Positions 1 through 9,801 of a stretch of DNA of 64,000 nt are shown here, piece by piece. A program made the translations under genes and the position numbers. This stretch comes from Acidimicrobiia bacterium (GTDB lineage: Bacteria > Acidobacteriota > Vicinamibacteria > Vicinamibacterales > CAVVIG01): positions 4,533 to 68,532 of the forward strand of contig VFZL01000022.1 in assembly GCA_016871175.1 (NCBI GenBank), written 5' to 3'. Under the pieces are notes generated by a model. The model was not told the DNA's origin and made no database searches. It saw nothing but the letters and a program-made list of their open reading frames with translations. The stretch's first letter is position 1. Every line of letters begins with the position of its first letter.

Positions 1-613
1 AGCCGCTCACCGGCTCCTCGAAGGTCAGCGTCGTCTGGCCGGCCCGCGCCGCATCCTTCAAGCGTACGAAGGTCGGCTTCTTCACCGCACCGTGCATCGT
101 CACCACGCCCAGGCTCTCGATGCCGTTGCCGACCTGCGCCGGATCCACGGCCTCGTCGAACGGCGTGTCGGGCACCAGAATCTCCGCCGTCATCGAGTCG
201 GCGATCGGCGCCGCAGTGGTTCCGACCTCCAGTGTGCCGCCCTCCATCACCGTCAGGTTGACGACGCGGAGGCGGGTGTTGACGTCAGGCTTGAACGACA
301 GCTTGCCGCGGACCTCGACGCACGGAAGGATCGCGTCGCTCGCCACGTCGTACATGATCGTCCGTCCGGTGCCCACGGCGACCTTGTCGCCCGCCTTCGG
401 CACCTGGCCCGTCGACCAGGTGGCGCTGCTCGACCAGGCGCCGTCGCGTGCCGCCATCACCGTCGGCGCGGCGCAGAAGACGGGCAGTCCGCCGCCCACA
501 CCGTTCACCTGCAGCGTGTGCACATGGTCTTGCGCGGCCGCCGGCGGCGCCGGCGCGAGGAGCGCAGCGGCAGCGAAGACGAGACCAGGCGTCGCGATAC
601 GGCGTATCCGCAC
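1..613 (-). CDS. G8-domain secreted protein (partial, runs off the window start; not in the ORF track)
   Basis: Manual translation from GTG at 613 with GAGGGA upstream. Signal peptide, then the G8-type motif GAWSSSATWSTGQVPKAGDKVAV and GGTLEVGT. Confidence 0.75.
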   Translation of the reverse strand, partial: MRIRRIATPGLVFAAAALLAPAPPAAAQDHVHTLQVNGVGGGLPVFCAAPTVMAARDGAWSSSATWSTGQVPKAGDKVAVGTGRTIMYDVASDAILPCVEVRGKLSFKPDVNTRLRVVNLTVMEGGTLEVGTTAAPIADSMTAEILVPDTPFDEAVDPAQVGNGIESLGVVTMHGAVKKPTFVRLKDAARAGQTTLTFEEPVSG

Positions 614-682
614 GTCCGTGGGTCCCTCAACCAGGTGGCTCGAACGGTCCATCGTCTTGACTCCTCGGTGATGACTCACAGA

Positions 683-1792
683 TTACCTTATCAGTATCCA
701 CAGTGCTCCGAGCGCTCCGCTGGCCCCGAGAGCGAGAAGGAACAGCTGGGCACGCTCGTACAACAGAAGGACTGACAGACCCAACAACCAGGCCGCGGCC
801 GCCAAGGCGTACCAACGGAGCTCGTCGAAGCTCTCCTCGAGGGCTCGTGTGCCCGCGCGCCGGCGCGCCGCCTCGATGATGGCCGATGCCACCTGTCGAT
901 CGCCGTCCTGCTCGATTTCGAAGTAGCGCCCACCACCCTCTGATGCGATCGTGCGCAAGGAGGGCCGATCGAGCACCGAGAAGGCAGGGCTGGCCGACCT
1001 GAGCACGGGGCTGCTGACCTGCCCCACTTCGAGCGGCGCCTGCGGGATGAATCCCCCGTACGAGGTACCCACGCCCACGACGTGCAGGGGGATGTCGGCT
1101 TTGCGCGCCTCATCCAGGGCTTTTGCCAACTGACCGCTCCACGCCTGTCCGTCGGTGACCAGCACGAAGACCTTGCCGTTTGGCGAAGGTCCTTGGATCT
1201 CTTCGTCTTTCTCGACCAGCCGCACACCCCAGTGAATGCCGAGCTCGATGTTGGTGTCCCAGGTCGTATCGTCGGCGAGCGGGAACGGCGACTCGCGCTG
1301 CAGGTGATCGAGGAAGAAGAAGAAGGTGTTCGGGTCGCGCGTCAGCCGCACTTGGGGCGCCGCGATGTGGGCGAAGAGCGCAAGCGCGATGCGGTCGTTC
1401 CGCCACTGCATGGATTCGGCCAGCACGCGGAGGAACTTGATCGACCGCTGCCACCGATCCGGTTTGACATCGCGGACATACATCGACGCGGATCCGTCCT
1501 GCAGGATGATCACATCGACGCCTGCGGTGCGAATCAGCCGCACCAAGGCGCGCGGTTCGCTCAAGGCGACGATCACCAGGGCCAGCGCGAGGATCTGCAC
1601 GAGCCAGAAGGGCCAGGCCCCGAACGCCGAGAGCGATTCGCGGTCTGGGGAACGATGTCGCGCACGAAACGTCAGGACGTCTCGCCGCCGCCGCAGGGCT
1701 TGCCGAATCCAGAGCAGCAGGAGACCGAGCGGCACGAGGAGCAGCCACAAGTAGAGCGGCGCGCCGAACCGGAGGGTCTCGGTCTCGAACAC
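683..1792 (-). CDS. VWA-domain membrane protein (MxaL/BatB-like)
   Basis: N-terminal TM, MIDAS DGSASM, TDG, C-terminal TM; last gene of the MoxR-DUF58-VWA cluster. Confidence 0.8.
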   Translation of the reverse strand: MFETETLRFGAPLYLWLLLVPLGLLLLWIRQALRRRRDVLTFRARHRSPDRESLSAFGAWPFWLVQILALALVIVALSEPRALVRLIRTAGVDVIILQDGSASMYVRDVKPDRWQRSIKFLRVLAESMQWRNDRIALALFAHIAAPQVRLTRDPNTFFFFLDHLQRESPFPLADDTTWDTNIELGIHWGVRLVEKDEEIQGPSPNGKVFVLVTDGQAWSGQLAKALDEARKADIPLHVVGVGTSYGGFIPQAPLEVGQVSSPVLRSASPAFSVLDRPSLRTIASEGGGRYFEIEQDGDRQVASAIIEAARRRAGTRALEESFDELRWYALAAAAWLLGLSVLLLYERAQLFLLALGASGALGALWILIR

Positions 1793-1798
1793 GATAGC

Positions 1799-2500
1799 TC
1801 AGCCCTTTCGAGACTTGGGTCCGCCCTTGCCCGCTTCGGGCTGTTCGCGGCGCTCGTCGCTCCGCTGCGGGACGACGATCTTGAACTCGCTCATGTCGGT
1901 ACCCGGCGGCACAGAGCCCGCGCGGCCGTGCAGGGTGTTGGGGAAGGGCGGTGGGGGTTCCTCTTTCTTCGGGGCGTTTCGAGCGGCGCGAGACTTGATG
2001 AGCGCATCACGCCGGCGCGCGACGTATTCATAGTTGTAGGCGGCGTCGAACTGCCACTCGGCCCTCCGGAGCACGTCGGCGTACTGCGCCATCGCGCCTT
2101 CGAGCCGTTGAATACCGGACGGACCGGCCTCGTCTCGCTTCGCGCTGCGGAACGAGGCGTTGGCGGCCATCAGGAGCAGCAGCGGATCCCGTTCGGTGAC
2201 TTCACCGGTCGTGCTAGTCTTCAGTGCCAGCTCGTCGTAACGATTCCGCCAGTAGCTCGAGGTCGCACGCTGCTCGCGCACGCCGTCACCGATCGTCGAG
2301 AATCCGGGCAACGCCGCGACGTATTTGAGGTCCTCACCAATCGCGTCGTACTCGCTCACTGGACCGTCGAACTCCAGTGTGAGCAGTTGTCGATGGGCGT
2401 CAGCGGTGCGTTGCTGCAGACGACCGCTTCGATACAAGCCAAAGCCGATCGCCGCGAGCAACGCCGCGGCCACCCAATAGCGAAGGAGCGCACTGACCAT
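1799..2500 (-). CDS. TPR-like membrane-anchored protein (MxaK/BatC-like)
   Basis: N-terminal TM, helical DAAYNYE motif, position between two VWA genes. Confidence 0.6.
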   Translation of the reverse strand: MVSALLRYWVAAALLAAIGFGLYRSGRLQQRTADAHRQLLTLEFDGPVSEYDAIGEDLKYVAALPGFSTIGDGVREQRATSSYWRNRYDELALKTSTTGEVTERDPLLLLMAANASFRSAKRDEAGPSGIQRLEGAMAQYADVLRRAEWQFDAAYNYEYVARRRDALIKSRAARNAPKKEEPPPPFPNTLHGRAGSVPPGTDMSEFKIVVPQRSDERREQPEAGKGGPKSRKG

Positions 2501-2527
2501 GGCTCTTAGGAACCCCCAGGACGTGTC

Positions 2528-3631
2528 CTACGGGAACGTCCGCATGAACGGCAACGTCAGTTGCAACACGAGCGCGAGTGTCCACGCCACGACAGCCGCG
2601 AGTGCAAACGGTGCGAAGCGCGGCTGGTTCGTGCTGTAGCGCTTCACCCGGATCGAACCCGGTGAGCGCTTGTCGATGTCTTGGATCGCCTTGAGCACGT
2701 CGTTCTCGTTCGCGGCCGCGTAGAAGCGACCGCCCGTGCTCTCGACCGCTGGTTTCCAGATGCTGTCCGGCACGACCTCGCCGAGCATCTTGCCACGGCT
2801 GGTGCGGATGAGATACACGGGGATCTTCGTGGCGATGGCCTGCGCCATGATGTCGCTGACCGCCGTCTTGCCGATCTGTACCTGCGTGTCCTGTCCGTCG
2901 CTGAAGATCACCATGAGGTTGCCCGCCGCCTCAGCGAAGTTGAACGCGCGAAAGAGACCCGTCGCGCGGTCGATCGCCACGCCAATCGTCGTGCCTTGGT
3001 TGGGGAAGTGCATGAACTCGCCCCAGTCGCCGATGAGCGACGCGCTCAGGAGCACGTTGTCGTAGTCGGTCGTGAACGGCGTCACGACGTACGCCTCGTC
3101 CCCGAACTCGATGAGCGCCACGAGGTCGCGATACTGACCGCCCTTTCGTTGGCGGATGAAGGCGTCCGCCGCGGCAACCGTCGTGAAGAAGGCAGCCTCG
3201 TTGGGTGCCTTGGCGCCCAGCTTCGAGGCCGGAAACGGCGCGAGCATGCTCGAGGAGGCATCGATGAGCAAGGCGATTCGGCGGCCCGGGTGGCTGACCT
3301 CTTCTTCGGCGAGCGTGATGTACGGCTCGGCCAGCGCCAGCGCGAAGAGGGGGAGCCCCGCCACCCAGCACAGCAGCGGGAGGTGACGAGCCGGACCGAG
3401 CCAGGATCCGCGCGTGCGGCCGAGGAGCGCGGGGACGCCGATCCGGTTGCGCGCTCCGCCGCGGCGGAGGGCCCAGCGCAGGAGCAGCATCGCGACGCTC
3501 ACGCCGACGAGGACCAGCAGCAGCGTGAACGCCAGGTCGCGACGGCCAAAGAGGAGATCGGCCGCCCAGAGCTCGCCGACGCGAGCCAGCTCTTCGCGCA
3601 TCCGCTCCCACAGCGCGGCGACTGGAATCAC
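2528..3631 (-). CDS. VWA-domain membrane protein (MxaC/BatA-like)
   Basis: MIDAS DASSSM, PFTTDY, FSDG. GTG start overlaps the upstream TGA (GTGA). Confidence 0.8.
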   Translation of the reverse strand: MIPVAALWERMREELARVGELWAADLLFGRRDLAFTLLLVLVGVSVAMLLLRWALRRGGARNRIGVPALLGRTRGSWLGPARHLPLLCWVAGLPLFALALAEPYITLAEEEVSHPGRRIALLIDASSSMLAPFPASKLGAKAPNEAAFFTTVAAADAFIRQRKGGQYRDLVALIEFGDEAYVVTPFTTDYDNVLLSASLIGDWGEFMHFPNQGTTIGVAIDRATGLFRAFNFAEAAGNLMVIFSDGQDTQVQIGKTAVSDIMAQAIATKIPVYLIRTSRGKMLGEVVPDSIWKPAVESTGGRFYAAANENDVLKAIQDIDKRSPGSIRVKRYSTNQPRFAPFALAAVVAWTLALVLQLTLPFMRTFP

Positions 3632-4869
3632 AGGGCGGGCCGCTCCATCAGCTGCCGCCACGCGCGCAAAGTGAGCCGCTGCATGAGCCACGTCCGCTCG
3701 AGCGAAAGCCGCCGCGCAATGCCCTTCACGGTGGAGAGCGTCTCGTCGAGCGCGACCTCATCGCGTGGACCGCTGTCCGCGTACTGCGCGGCCGTGAACG
3801 TCGCGAGCGCCTGCTGAATCGCCGTCAGCCGCGCGGATCTGGAGGCGCGCGAGGGGTGCGCCGGGATCGGTCCGAGCGCTTTCGACGTGACCGTGCCCGA
3901 GACCACCACGACCGGCCCCGTGCCGAAGCGCGTGCGCACGCCGATCGCGCCAGTGGGGATCGGCTCACCGGGTCCGGCCAGCCGCTGACTTGGCGCGCGA
4001 TCGATCGCGCACTCGCCGACAATGCGCGTGGCGGCGAGTGCCTCCGCGAGATCGTCAGCGCTCCACGGGCCCGCCCCCTGGCGACGGCGTGCCACCGCAC
4101 CCAGGGCGCGCGCCGCACCGCGTAGCATCGACGCTTCGCTCAGCAGGCGCGTGGCGACGGTCGGTCGGCGGACACGGGAGCCGATGCCGCGCGCCAGTCC
4201 TACGAGGACCAGCACGCCGGCCAGGCCCAGCACCATCGCGCCACCCGTGGTCAGCAACCTCGCTCGCGAGGACATGACGTCGAGATCGGCGAAGGTCATC
4301 GTCGACGCGTCTCGGATGTCGGTCGCGTCCGCGGGGACGAGCGAATTGACGCGCAGGGTCTGGTTCGGCATCGCGAACCGGCGCTCCATGCCGAGCGTGG
4401 CGGCGTCTTGGCCCGAACCGCGCGTTTGGATGCGGTAGCTGATTGCCAGCGGGGGGAGCGCGATGTCCTGACTGAAGAAGGCTTCATTGATGAAACGGAG
4501 GTTGTACTGGACTTGGAAGAACGTGCGGTCGCCCGCCTTCACGTCAGGCGCGACCGTTCCACCCAGGACCTCGAACGGTGCGAGCTCGATGGCCCGCGGG
4601 TCCAGTCGCGCGCGATCGACGACCGCCGCGGTCGTCTCGGCCTCGACGATCGCGCAGGTCAGCACGAGCGTAAACGGTTGGCCCACCGTGATCGCGCTCA
4701 CGCTCGTTCGCCACCAGCAGTTCAGCGGATCCACTTCTTCCATCTGCGGCTGCACCTGCGGTGCCTGCGCACGAACGGGCGTGTCTCCTGGCGCGCCGAC
4801 GACCATGCCCACCAGCCCCACGACCCTGAGCGCGCGAGTCAGCCGCGCGCGAGCTTTGAACCAGATCAA
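3628..4869 (-). CDS. MxaA/BatD-like membrane protein
   Basis: Signal peptide, beta-rich N-domain (ITVGQPF), single TM; lies between the DUF58 and VWA genes. Confidence 0.6.
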   Translation of the reverse strand: MIWFKARARLTRALRVVGLVGMVVGAPGDTPVRAQAPQVQPQMEEVDPLNCWWRTSVSAITVGQPFTLVLTCAIVEAETTAAVVDRARLDPRAIELAPFEVLGGTVAPDVKAGDRTFFQVQYNLRFINEAFFSQDIALPPLAISYRIQTRGSGQDAATLGMERRFAMPNQTLRVNSLVPADATDIRDASTMTFADLDVMSSRARLLTTGGAMVLGLAGVLVLVGLARGIGSRVRRPTVATRLLSEASMLRGAARALGAVARRRQGAGPWSADDLAEALAATRIVGECAIDRAPSQRLAGPGEPIPTGAIGVRTRFGTGPVVVVSGTVTSKALGPIPAHPSRASRSARLTAIQQALATFTAAQYADSGPRDEVALDETLSTVKGIARRLSLERTWLMQRLTLRAWRQLMERPAL

Positions 4870-4954
4870 CCCAGCCCCCCTGCCTACCTGACGACCCGCC
4901 GAACCCTACCGACCCGCCTACCCACCCCGCCTATCCGGCCCAGGCCGACCCGAT
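4870..4954. repeat. Degenerate ~9-nt periodic C-rich intergenic repeat
   Basis: cctacctga/cgacccgcc-like units at 9-nt spacing. Confidence 0.55.
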
Positions 4955-5842
4955 CTATTGCTTGCGCAGCCGCCGCTCCGCCGCGAACGCGGTGAGCGTT
5001 GCCGCAGCTTTTGCCTGGTCCGTGTCGATGCGGATCACGTCGAGGCCGCGGTCGGTGGCGCGCTTCGCCACGTCGTCTTGCCAGGCCCGCGCGCGGTCGG
5101 CCAACTGGCGCAACCCTCGCCTCGATATCAACTGCCGTCGTCCCGTCTCGACGTCGTGCACGTGAACCCAGCCGGCGGACGCCGGTGGCAGCGCGAACCC
5201 CGGCGCCGCGTCGACCATGACGAGAAACAGGTCGTGACGCGCGTTGAGGTGCGCCAGCTCGCCGAGCATCCGGTCCGCGTTGTCGAGCAAGAAATCGGAC
5301 ACCACGGCGACGACCGACGTTCGCCGCATCACGCCGGCAATCGTGTGTCCCACATGTTCGGTCCGTACCAGCGGCTCGAGTCCGCGTCCGAACTGATACG
5401 CGTCGAGGCAGTGCATCACCTGGTTCCGACCCGGCTTCGGCAGCACCATCGCCATGTCATCGAAGGCGTGATCGAAGGTAATGAGTCCGAACGCGTCCTG
5501 GAAGAATGTCGCCGACATGCCGATCGTGCCGACGGACCACGCGATGGTCTTGGCAATCGGCGTCGAATCGGTGCCGCACAACGTCGACCGGGAGCGATCG
5601 GCGACGACGACCACTGACGCCGTGCCTGGCTGCTCGAAGTCACGCACGATGAGCGGACTGAAGTTGTTGAGGCTCGATTGCGGCCAGTCGACCACCGACA
5701 ACCGATCGCCCGGCTCCCACGTCCGCAACCCCACGTAGTCGAACCCGGGTCCGTGAAAGAGGCTTCGATGATCGCCCAGCGTGTACTCGCGCAAGCGTTT
5801 CATGACGATCAATTCGATCGCGTCGAGCTCGGCGGGGGACAC
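4955..5842 (-). CDS. DUF58 protein (MxaS-like); start uncertain
   Basis: GDHRS..G.GFDY..LR.WEPGD...VDW, DRSRS and VSDF motifs; directly downstream of MoxR. Confidence 0.85.
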   Translation of the reverse strand: MSPAELDAIELIVMKRLREYTLGDHRSLFHGPGFDYVGLRTWEPGDRLSVVDWPQSSLNNFSPLIVRDFEQPGTASVVVVADRSRSTLCGTDSTPIAKTIAWSVGTIGMSATFFQDAFGLITFDHAFDDMAMVLPKPGRNQVMHCLDAYQFGRGLEPLVRTEHVGHTIAGVMRRTSVVAVVSDFLLDNADRMLGELAHLNARHDLFLVMVDAAPGFALPPASAGWVHVHDVETGRRQLISRRGLRQLADRARAWQDDVAKRATDRGLDVIRIDTDQAKAAATLTAFAAERRLRKQ

Positions 5843-5876
5843 CAACGGCGACTGGTCTGCCCCGACCTGCTCAATC

Positions 5877-6005
5877 CGCCCCGCGTGTCCGCCTACCTGA
5901 CCCACTGCTCCAGCTCCTTGCCGGCCCACCTGCCCACGTGCCCCGACCCGCCCGGCTCCTCGCCTGCCGACCAGCCGTTCCAGTCGACCCCCCGGTCCAC
6001 CAGGC
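5877..6005. repeat. Degenerate ~9-nt periodic C-rich intergenic repeat
   Basis: cctacctga/cccacctgc/ccgacccgc-like units, same family as 4870-4954. Confidence 0.55.
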
Positions 6006-6009
6006 CTGA

Positions 6010-7137
6010 CTATGGAATAGCGACGACTCTCAGCACGTCCTGAATCACCAAATCCGTGGTGAGCCCGTGTGTCGCCGCGTGCGGGCCCAGCCAGATCCGA
6101 TGTCCGAGGATGTACTGCGCCAAATCCTGAATGTCCTCGGGATACACCACGGCGCGGTGACCCACGAGCAGGGCCCAGACCTTCGCGAGACGCCCCCAGC
6201 AAATGATCGCACGCGGCGACGCGCCCAGATCGACGCCGCGCTCGACCAGCTCGGACGGCGAGTGCCGGTGCCAATCGGTCTCGGGATTGAACGGACGGGT
6301 GGCTGCGACAAGCCGCTGGATGTAGTCCGACAGCCGGTCATGGAGGAACACCTGCTCGTTGATCCTCGCGCGGAGCTGGATGATCCGTTCCTTCGACATC
6401 AGAGTTGACAGCCGCACCCGCTTGAAGTCGAATTTGACGAGCTTGGCTTCTTCCTCGGGCGGGAGATAGCCGATGTTCACCATCATCGCGAAACGATCGG
6501 TGGCGGCCTCTGAGAGCGGGAACGTGCCCTGGCCGAGCTCGACCGGGTTCATCGTGGCGATCGCAAAGCTGAAAGCAGGCAGCTCGTAGGTAATGCTACC
6601 GACGGTGACCGTCCGATCCTGCAGCCCTTCGAGGAACGCGCTCTGCGACTTGAGCGGGATGCGGTTGATCTCGTCGAGCAGAATGACCTCGGCCGACGCC
6701 ATCGGACCGAATTCGGTCATGGTTTCGCCGGTGGCCGGGTTGATCATCTGGTAGCCGACAACCTCGGTCGGCTGAAGGTCAGCTCGACCTTGCAGCCGGA
6801 CGAACTTGGCGTCGCTAATCGCGGCCAGAATCACCCCAAAGAACGTCTTGCCGACGCCCGGCACCCCCCGGAGGAGCAAGTTGCCGGCATTGACCTGGCG
6901 TTGCTCTTTCTTGTCGTAGGTGGTCGGGATTTCCGACAGCAAGACGACGTTGGCGAGCGTTTTCGCGGTGTCGTAGCCGACCAGCGCCTTGCTGCCCTCA
7001 GCGACGATGGCTTGGTGAAACTCGATGGCCTCTTGGAGATCCGGATGCAAGCTGGCGCCTTTCGCGGATGCCGCCGACGGGTCTGGGACGCGGCCGCCGG
7101 CCGCGAACGGTCCCCCGGGCATGCCTGGAACGGGCAA
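6010..7137 (-). CDS. MoxR-family AAA+ ATPase (MxaR-like)
   Basis: Walker A GVPGVGKT, Walker B LLDEINR, ATMNP, GTFPLSEA, GASPRA. Confidence 0.92.
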   Translation of the reverse strand: MPVPGMPGGPFAAGGRVPDPSAASAKGASLHPDLQEAIEFHQAIVAEGSKALVGYDTAKTLANVVLLSEIPTTYDKKEQRQVNAGNLLLRGVPGVGKTFFGVILAAISDAKFVRLQGRADLQPTEVVGYQMINPATGETMTEFGPMASAEVILLDEINRIPLKSQSAFLEGLQDRTVTVGSITYELPAFSFAIATMNPVELGQGTFPLSEAATDRFAMMVNIGYLPPEEEAKLVKFDFKRVRLSTLMSKERIIQLRARINEQVFLHDRLSDYIQRLVAATRPFNPETDWHRHSPSELVERGVDLGASPRAIICWGRLAKVWALLVGHRAVVYPEDIQDLAQYILGHRIWLGPHAATHGLTTDLVIQDVLRVVAIP

Positions 7138-7275
7138 TCATAACTTGCTCGGCCGCTTTCGACCCGGCTGTTCCCTAAGGGGGGGTGGTCAGGGATGACC
7201 CGGCGGTTCACACCAGGTTTCCGCCCCGACTTTCCGCTCGACAACTCAGGGGGTATTCGGGAACAGTATTGGAAC

Positions 7276-8070
7276 ATGAGACGGCTCTCTCTCCCGCGAT
7301 TCGTGTGGCCGCTGGCGCTGGCCGCGGCGGTGCTGATTCCACTCGCCTGGGCCCCGGTGGGCGGCCAGGAACAACACCCGGGCGAGTATTCCCCGTTGGA
7401 TGTCGAGAACGGCTCGCGTCTCTACACCGCTCAGTGCATCACTTGCCATGGGCCGATGGGAAACGGCGTGGTCGGCGTCGACCTGCGACGCGGTTCGTTC
7501 AAGCGGGTGACCACCGATGACGAGCTCCGAAAGGTCATTGTCGGTGGGGTGCCCGGCACGGCGATGCAGAAGTTCGATCTCAGCGCGCCCGAGCAGAACC
7601 AGCTGGTCGCGTACATTCGGTCTGGGCTCGAGGTCGGCGGACGCGCGGCGAAGGTTGGCGATCCGACCCGAGGGAAGCAGGTGTTCGACACGAAGGGCGG
7701 GTGCGCCACCTGCCACCGCACGGGGGGGAGTGGGGCGCGCAAGGGGCCGGACCTGAGCGACATTGGCTCGCTGCGCAGCGCGTCGATGCTGCAGCAGGCG
7801 CTGGTCGAGCCGACCGGCTCCATGCTGCCGATCAACCGCCCGATCCGCGCCGTGACGAAGGCCGGCAAGACGATCACGGGACGCCGGCTCAACGAAGACA
7901 CGTACACGGTACAGCTTGTGGACGAGAACGGCCGGCTGCAGTCCCTGACCAAGGCCGATCTCAAGGAGTACCAGGTGCTGACGGCGTCACCGATGCCGTC
8001 GTTTCGCGACAAGCTGACCGTCGAGGAGATCTCCGACGTCGTCGCGTATCTGCTGACCCTCAAAGGCTGA
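7276..8070 (+). CDS. Diheme c-type cytochrome with putative heme-binding domain
   Basis: Signal peptide, CITCH and CATCH, PGTAM, GPDLS and SPMP motifs. Confidence 0.88.
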   Translation: MRRLSLPRFVWPLALAAAVLIPLAWAPVGGQEQHPGEYSPLDVENGSRLYTAQCITCHGPMGNGVVGVDLRRGSFKRVTTDDELRKVIVGGVPGTAMQKFDLSAPEQNQLVAYIRSGLEVGGRAAKVGDPTRGKQVFDTKGGCATCHRTGGSGARKGPDLSDIGSLRSASMLQQALVEPTGSMLPINRPIRAVTKAGKTITGRRLNEDTYTVQLVDENGRLQSLTKADLKEYQVLTASPMPSFRDKLTVEEISDVVAYLLTLKG

Positions 8071-8097
8071 CATTCCCTTCAAAGAGGTTTGCTGTCC

Positions 8098-9750
8098 ATG
8101 GCCCGACGGACTGTATTTGCGACGACACTCGTCGCCCTGAGCGTGGCGACGCTCACGCTGCAGGCGCAAGTCACCCCCGAGCGCCTGTTGAACGCGGTGA
8201 AAGAGCCGCACAATTGGTTGATGTACAGCGGCTCGTACATGAGCCAGCGGTACAGCCCCCTGACGCAGATCACCCCGGCGAACATCAAGAACATCGAGCA
8301 GAAGTGGGTGCTGCAGAACAACGTGTTCGGCCCTTGGCAGGCGACGCCGCTCGTCGCGGACGGCATCATGTACGTCACGCAGCGTCCGAACGACGTCATC
8401 GCGCTCGACGCGAAGACGGGGCGCGTGTTCTGGCTGTATCGCCACAACACCTCACCCGATCAGAAGGCGTGCTGCGGATCGAACAACCGCGGCGTGGCGA
8501 TCCTCGGCGACTCGGTGTTCATGGGGACGCTCGACGGATACCTCCTCTCGCTCGACGCGCACAGCGGCAAGCTGCAGTGGAAGGTGAAGGTCGCCGAGAT
8601 GAAGGCGGCCTACTCCATCACGATGGCCCCCCTCGCCATCAAAGACAAGATCATCGTCGGCGTCGGCGGCGGCGAGTACGGCATCCGCGGCTTCGTTGCG
8701 GCGTTCGACCCGCGAAGCGGGAAGGAACTCTGGAAGTTCAACACCATTCCGTTGCCTGGCGAGCCCGGTAGCGAAACATGGAAGAACGACGCGTGGAAAA
8801 CCGGCGGCGGCCCGGTGTGGATCACCGGCTCCTACGACCCGCAGCTGAACCTCACCTATTGGGGCGTCGGCAACCCCGGTCCGGACTGGAACCCCGATCA
8901 GCGCCCCGGCGACAACCTCTACACCGACTCGGTGCTCGCCCTGGACTTCGATACGGGCAAGCTGAAGTGGCACTTCCAGTTCACGCCGAACGATGCGTAC
9001 GACTACGACTCGGTGCAGGTGCCTGTGCTCGTGGACCTGAACTGGAACGGCACCATGACCAAGCTGATGCTGTGGGCGAACCGCAACGGCTACTTCTACA
9101 CGCTCGATCGCGAGACAGGGAAGTTCCTGGTCGGCAAGCCGTTCGTGAAAGTGAATTGGTCGAGCGGGCTCGACGAGCGCGGCCGACCCATCCAGACGCC
9201 GCAGCCGCCCGGCATGCCGACGTGGCCAGGTAACCAGGGCGCCACCAACTGGTACTCGCCTTCCTACAGTCCACGGACGGGCCTCTTCTACATGTCCGTG
9301 TGGGACGACTACGCCACCATCTATCAAAAGCAGCCGGCGACCTACGTCGAGGGGCGGTACTTCATCGGCGGCGGCTTCCGCGTGCACGGCCCGACGCCGA
9401 ACGCGACGCCGATGCCGACGCTCAGCCGTGGTCCAATCAACAACTGGACCGACGCCGTGGGCAAGGGCGCCGTCATGGCGATGGACCCGAAGACCGGCGA
9501 GCGCAAGTGGCGCTTCGACATGACTGACGTCACCGACAGCGGGATCCTGACGACCGCGTCGGACCTGCTCTTCACCGGTGGCCGCGAAGGGTACTTCCAG
9601 GTGCTCGACGCGCGGAACGGACAGCTCTTGTGGAGGAGCAACCTCGGAGGGCAGATCGTCAACGGACCGATGTCGTATGAGGTGGACGGCAAACAGTACG
9701 TCGCAGTGATCGCAGGGAACAACCTCGTCTCGTTTGCGCTCAGGGACTGA
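8098..9750 (+). CDS. PQQ-dependent dehydrogenase, methanol/ethanol family
   Basis: Signal peptide, vicinal CC (CCGSNNRG), GGEYGIRG, GNPGPDW, YDYD, Trp-docking repeats. Confidence 0.92.
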   Translation: MARRTVFATTLVALSVATLTLQAQVTPERLLNAVKEPHNWLMYSGSYMSQRYSPLTQITPANIKNIEQKWVLQNNVFGPWQATPLVADGIMYVTQRPNDVIALDAKTGRVFWLYRHNTSPDQKACCGSNNRGVAILGDSVFMGTLDGYLLSLDAHSGKLQWKVKVAEMKAAYSITMAPLAIKDKIIVGVGGGEYGIRGFVAAFDPRSGKELWKFNTIPLPGEPGSETWKNDAWKTGGGPVWITGSYDPQLNLTYWGVGNPGPDWNPDQRPGDNLYTDSVLALDFDTGKLKWHFQFTPNDAYDYDSVQVPVLVDLNWNGTMTKLMLWANRNGYFYTLDRETGKFLVGKPFVKVNWSSGLDERGRPIQTPQPPGMPTWPGNQGATNWYSPSYSPRTGLFYMSVWDDYATIYQKQPATYVEGRYFIGGGFRVHGPTPNATPMPTLSRGPINNWTDAVGKGAVMAMDPKTGERKWRFDMTDVTDSGILTTASDLLFTGGREGYFQVLDARNGQLLWRSNLGGQIVNGPMSYEVDGKQYVAVIAGNNLVSFALRD

Positions 9751-9801
9751 TCCGCGGCGAGTCGATAATTCGTCTTTCAAGGGACTTCAGAGGAACGCCC
9801 T

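Noticed and set aside
8098-9750. Calling the PQQ enzyme mxaF or xoxF
   Set aside because: Sequence around the motifs differs (CCGSNNRG, YDYDSVQ) and mxaI/J are absent; only a family-level call is supported.
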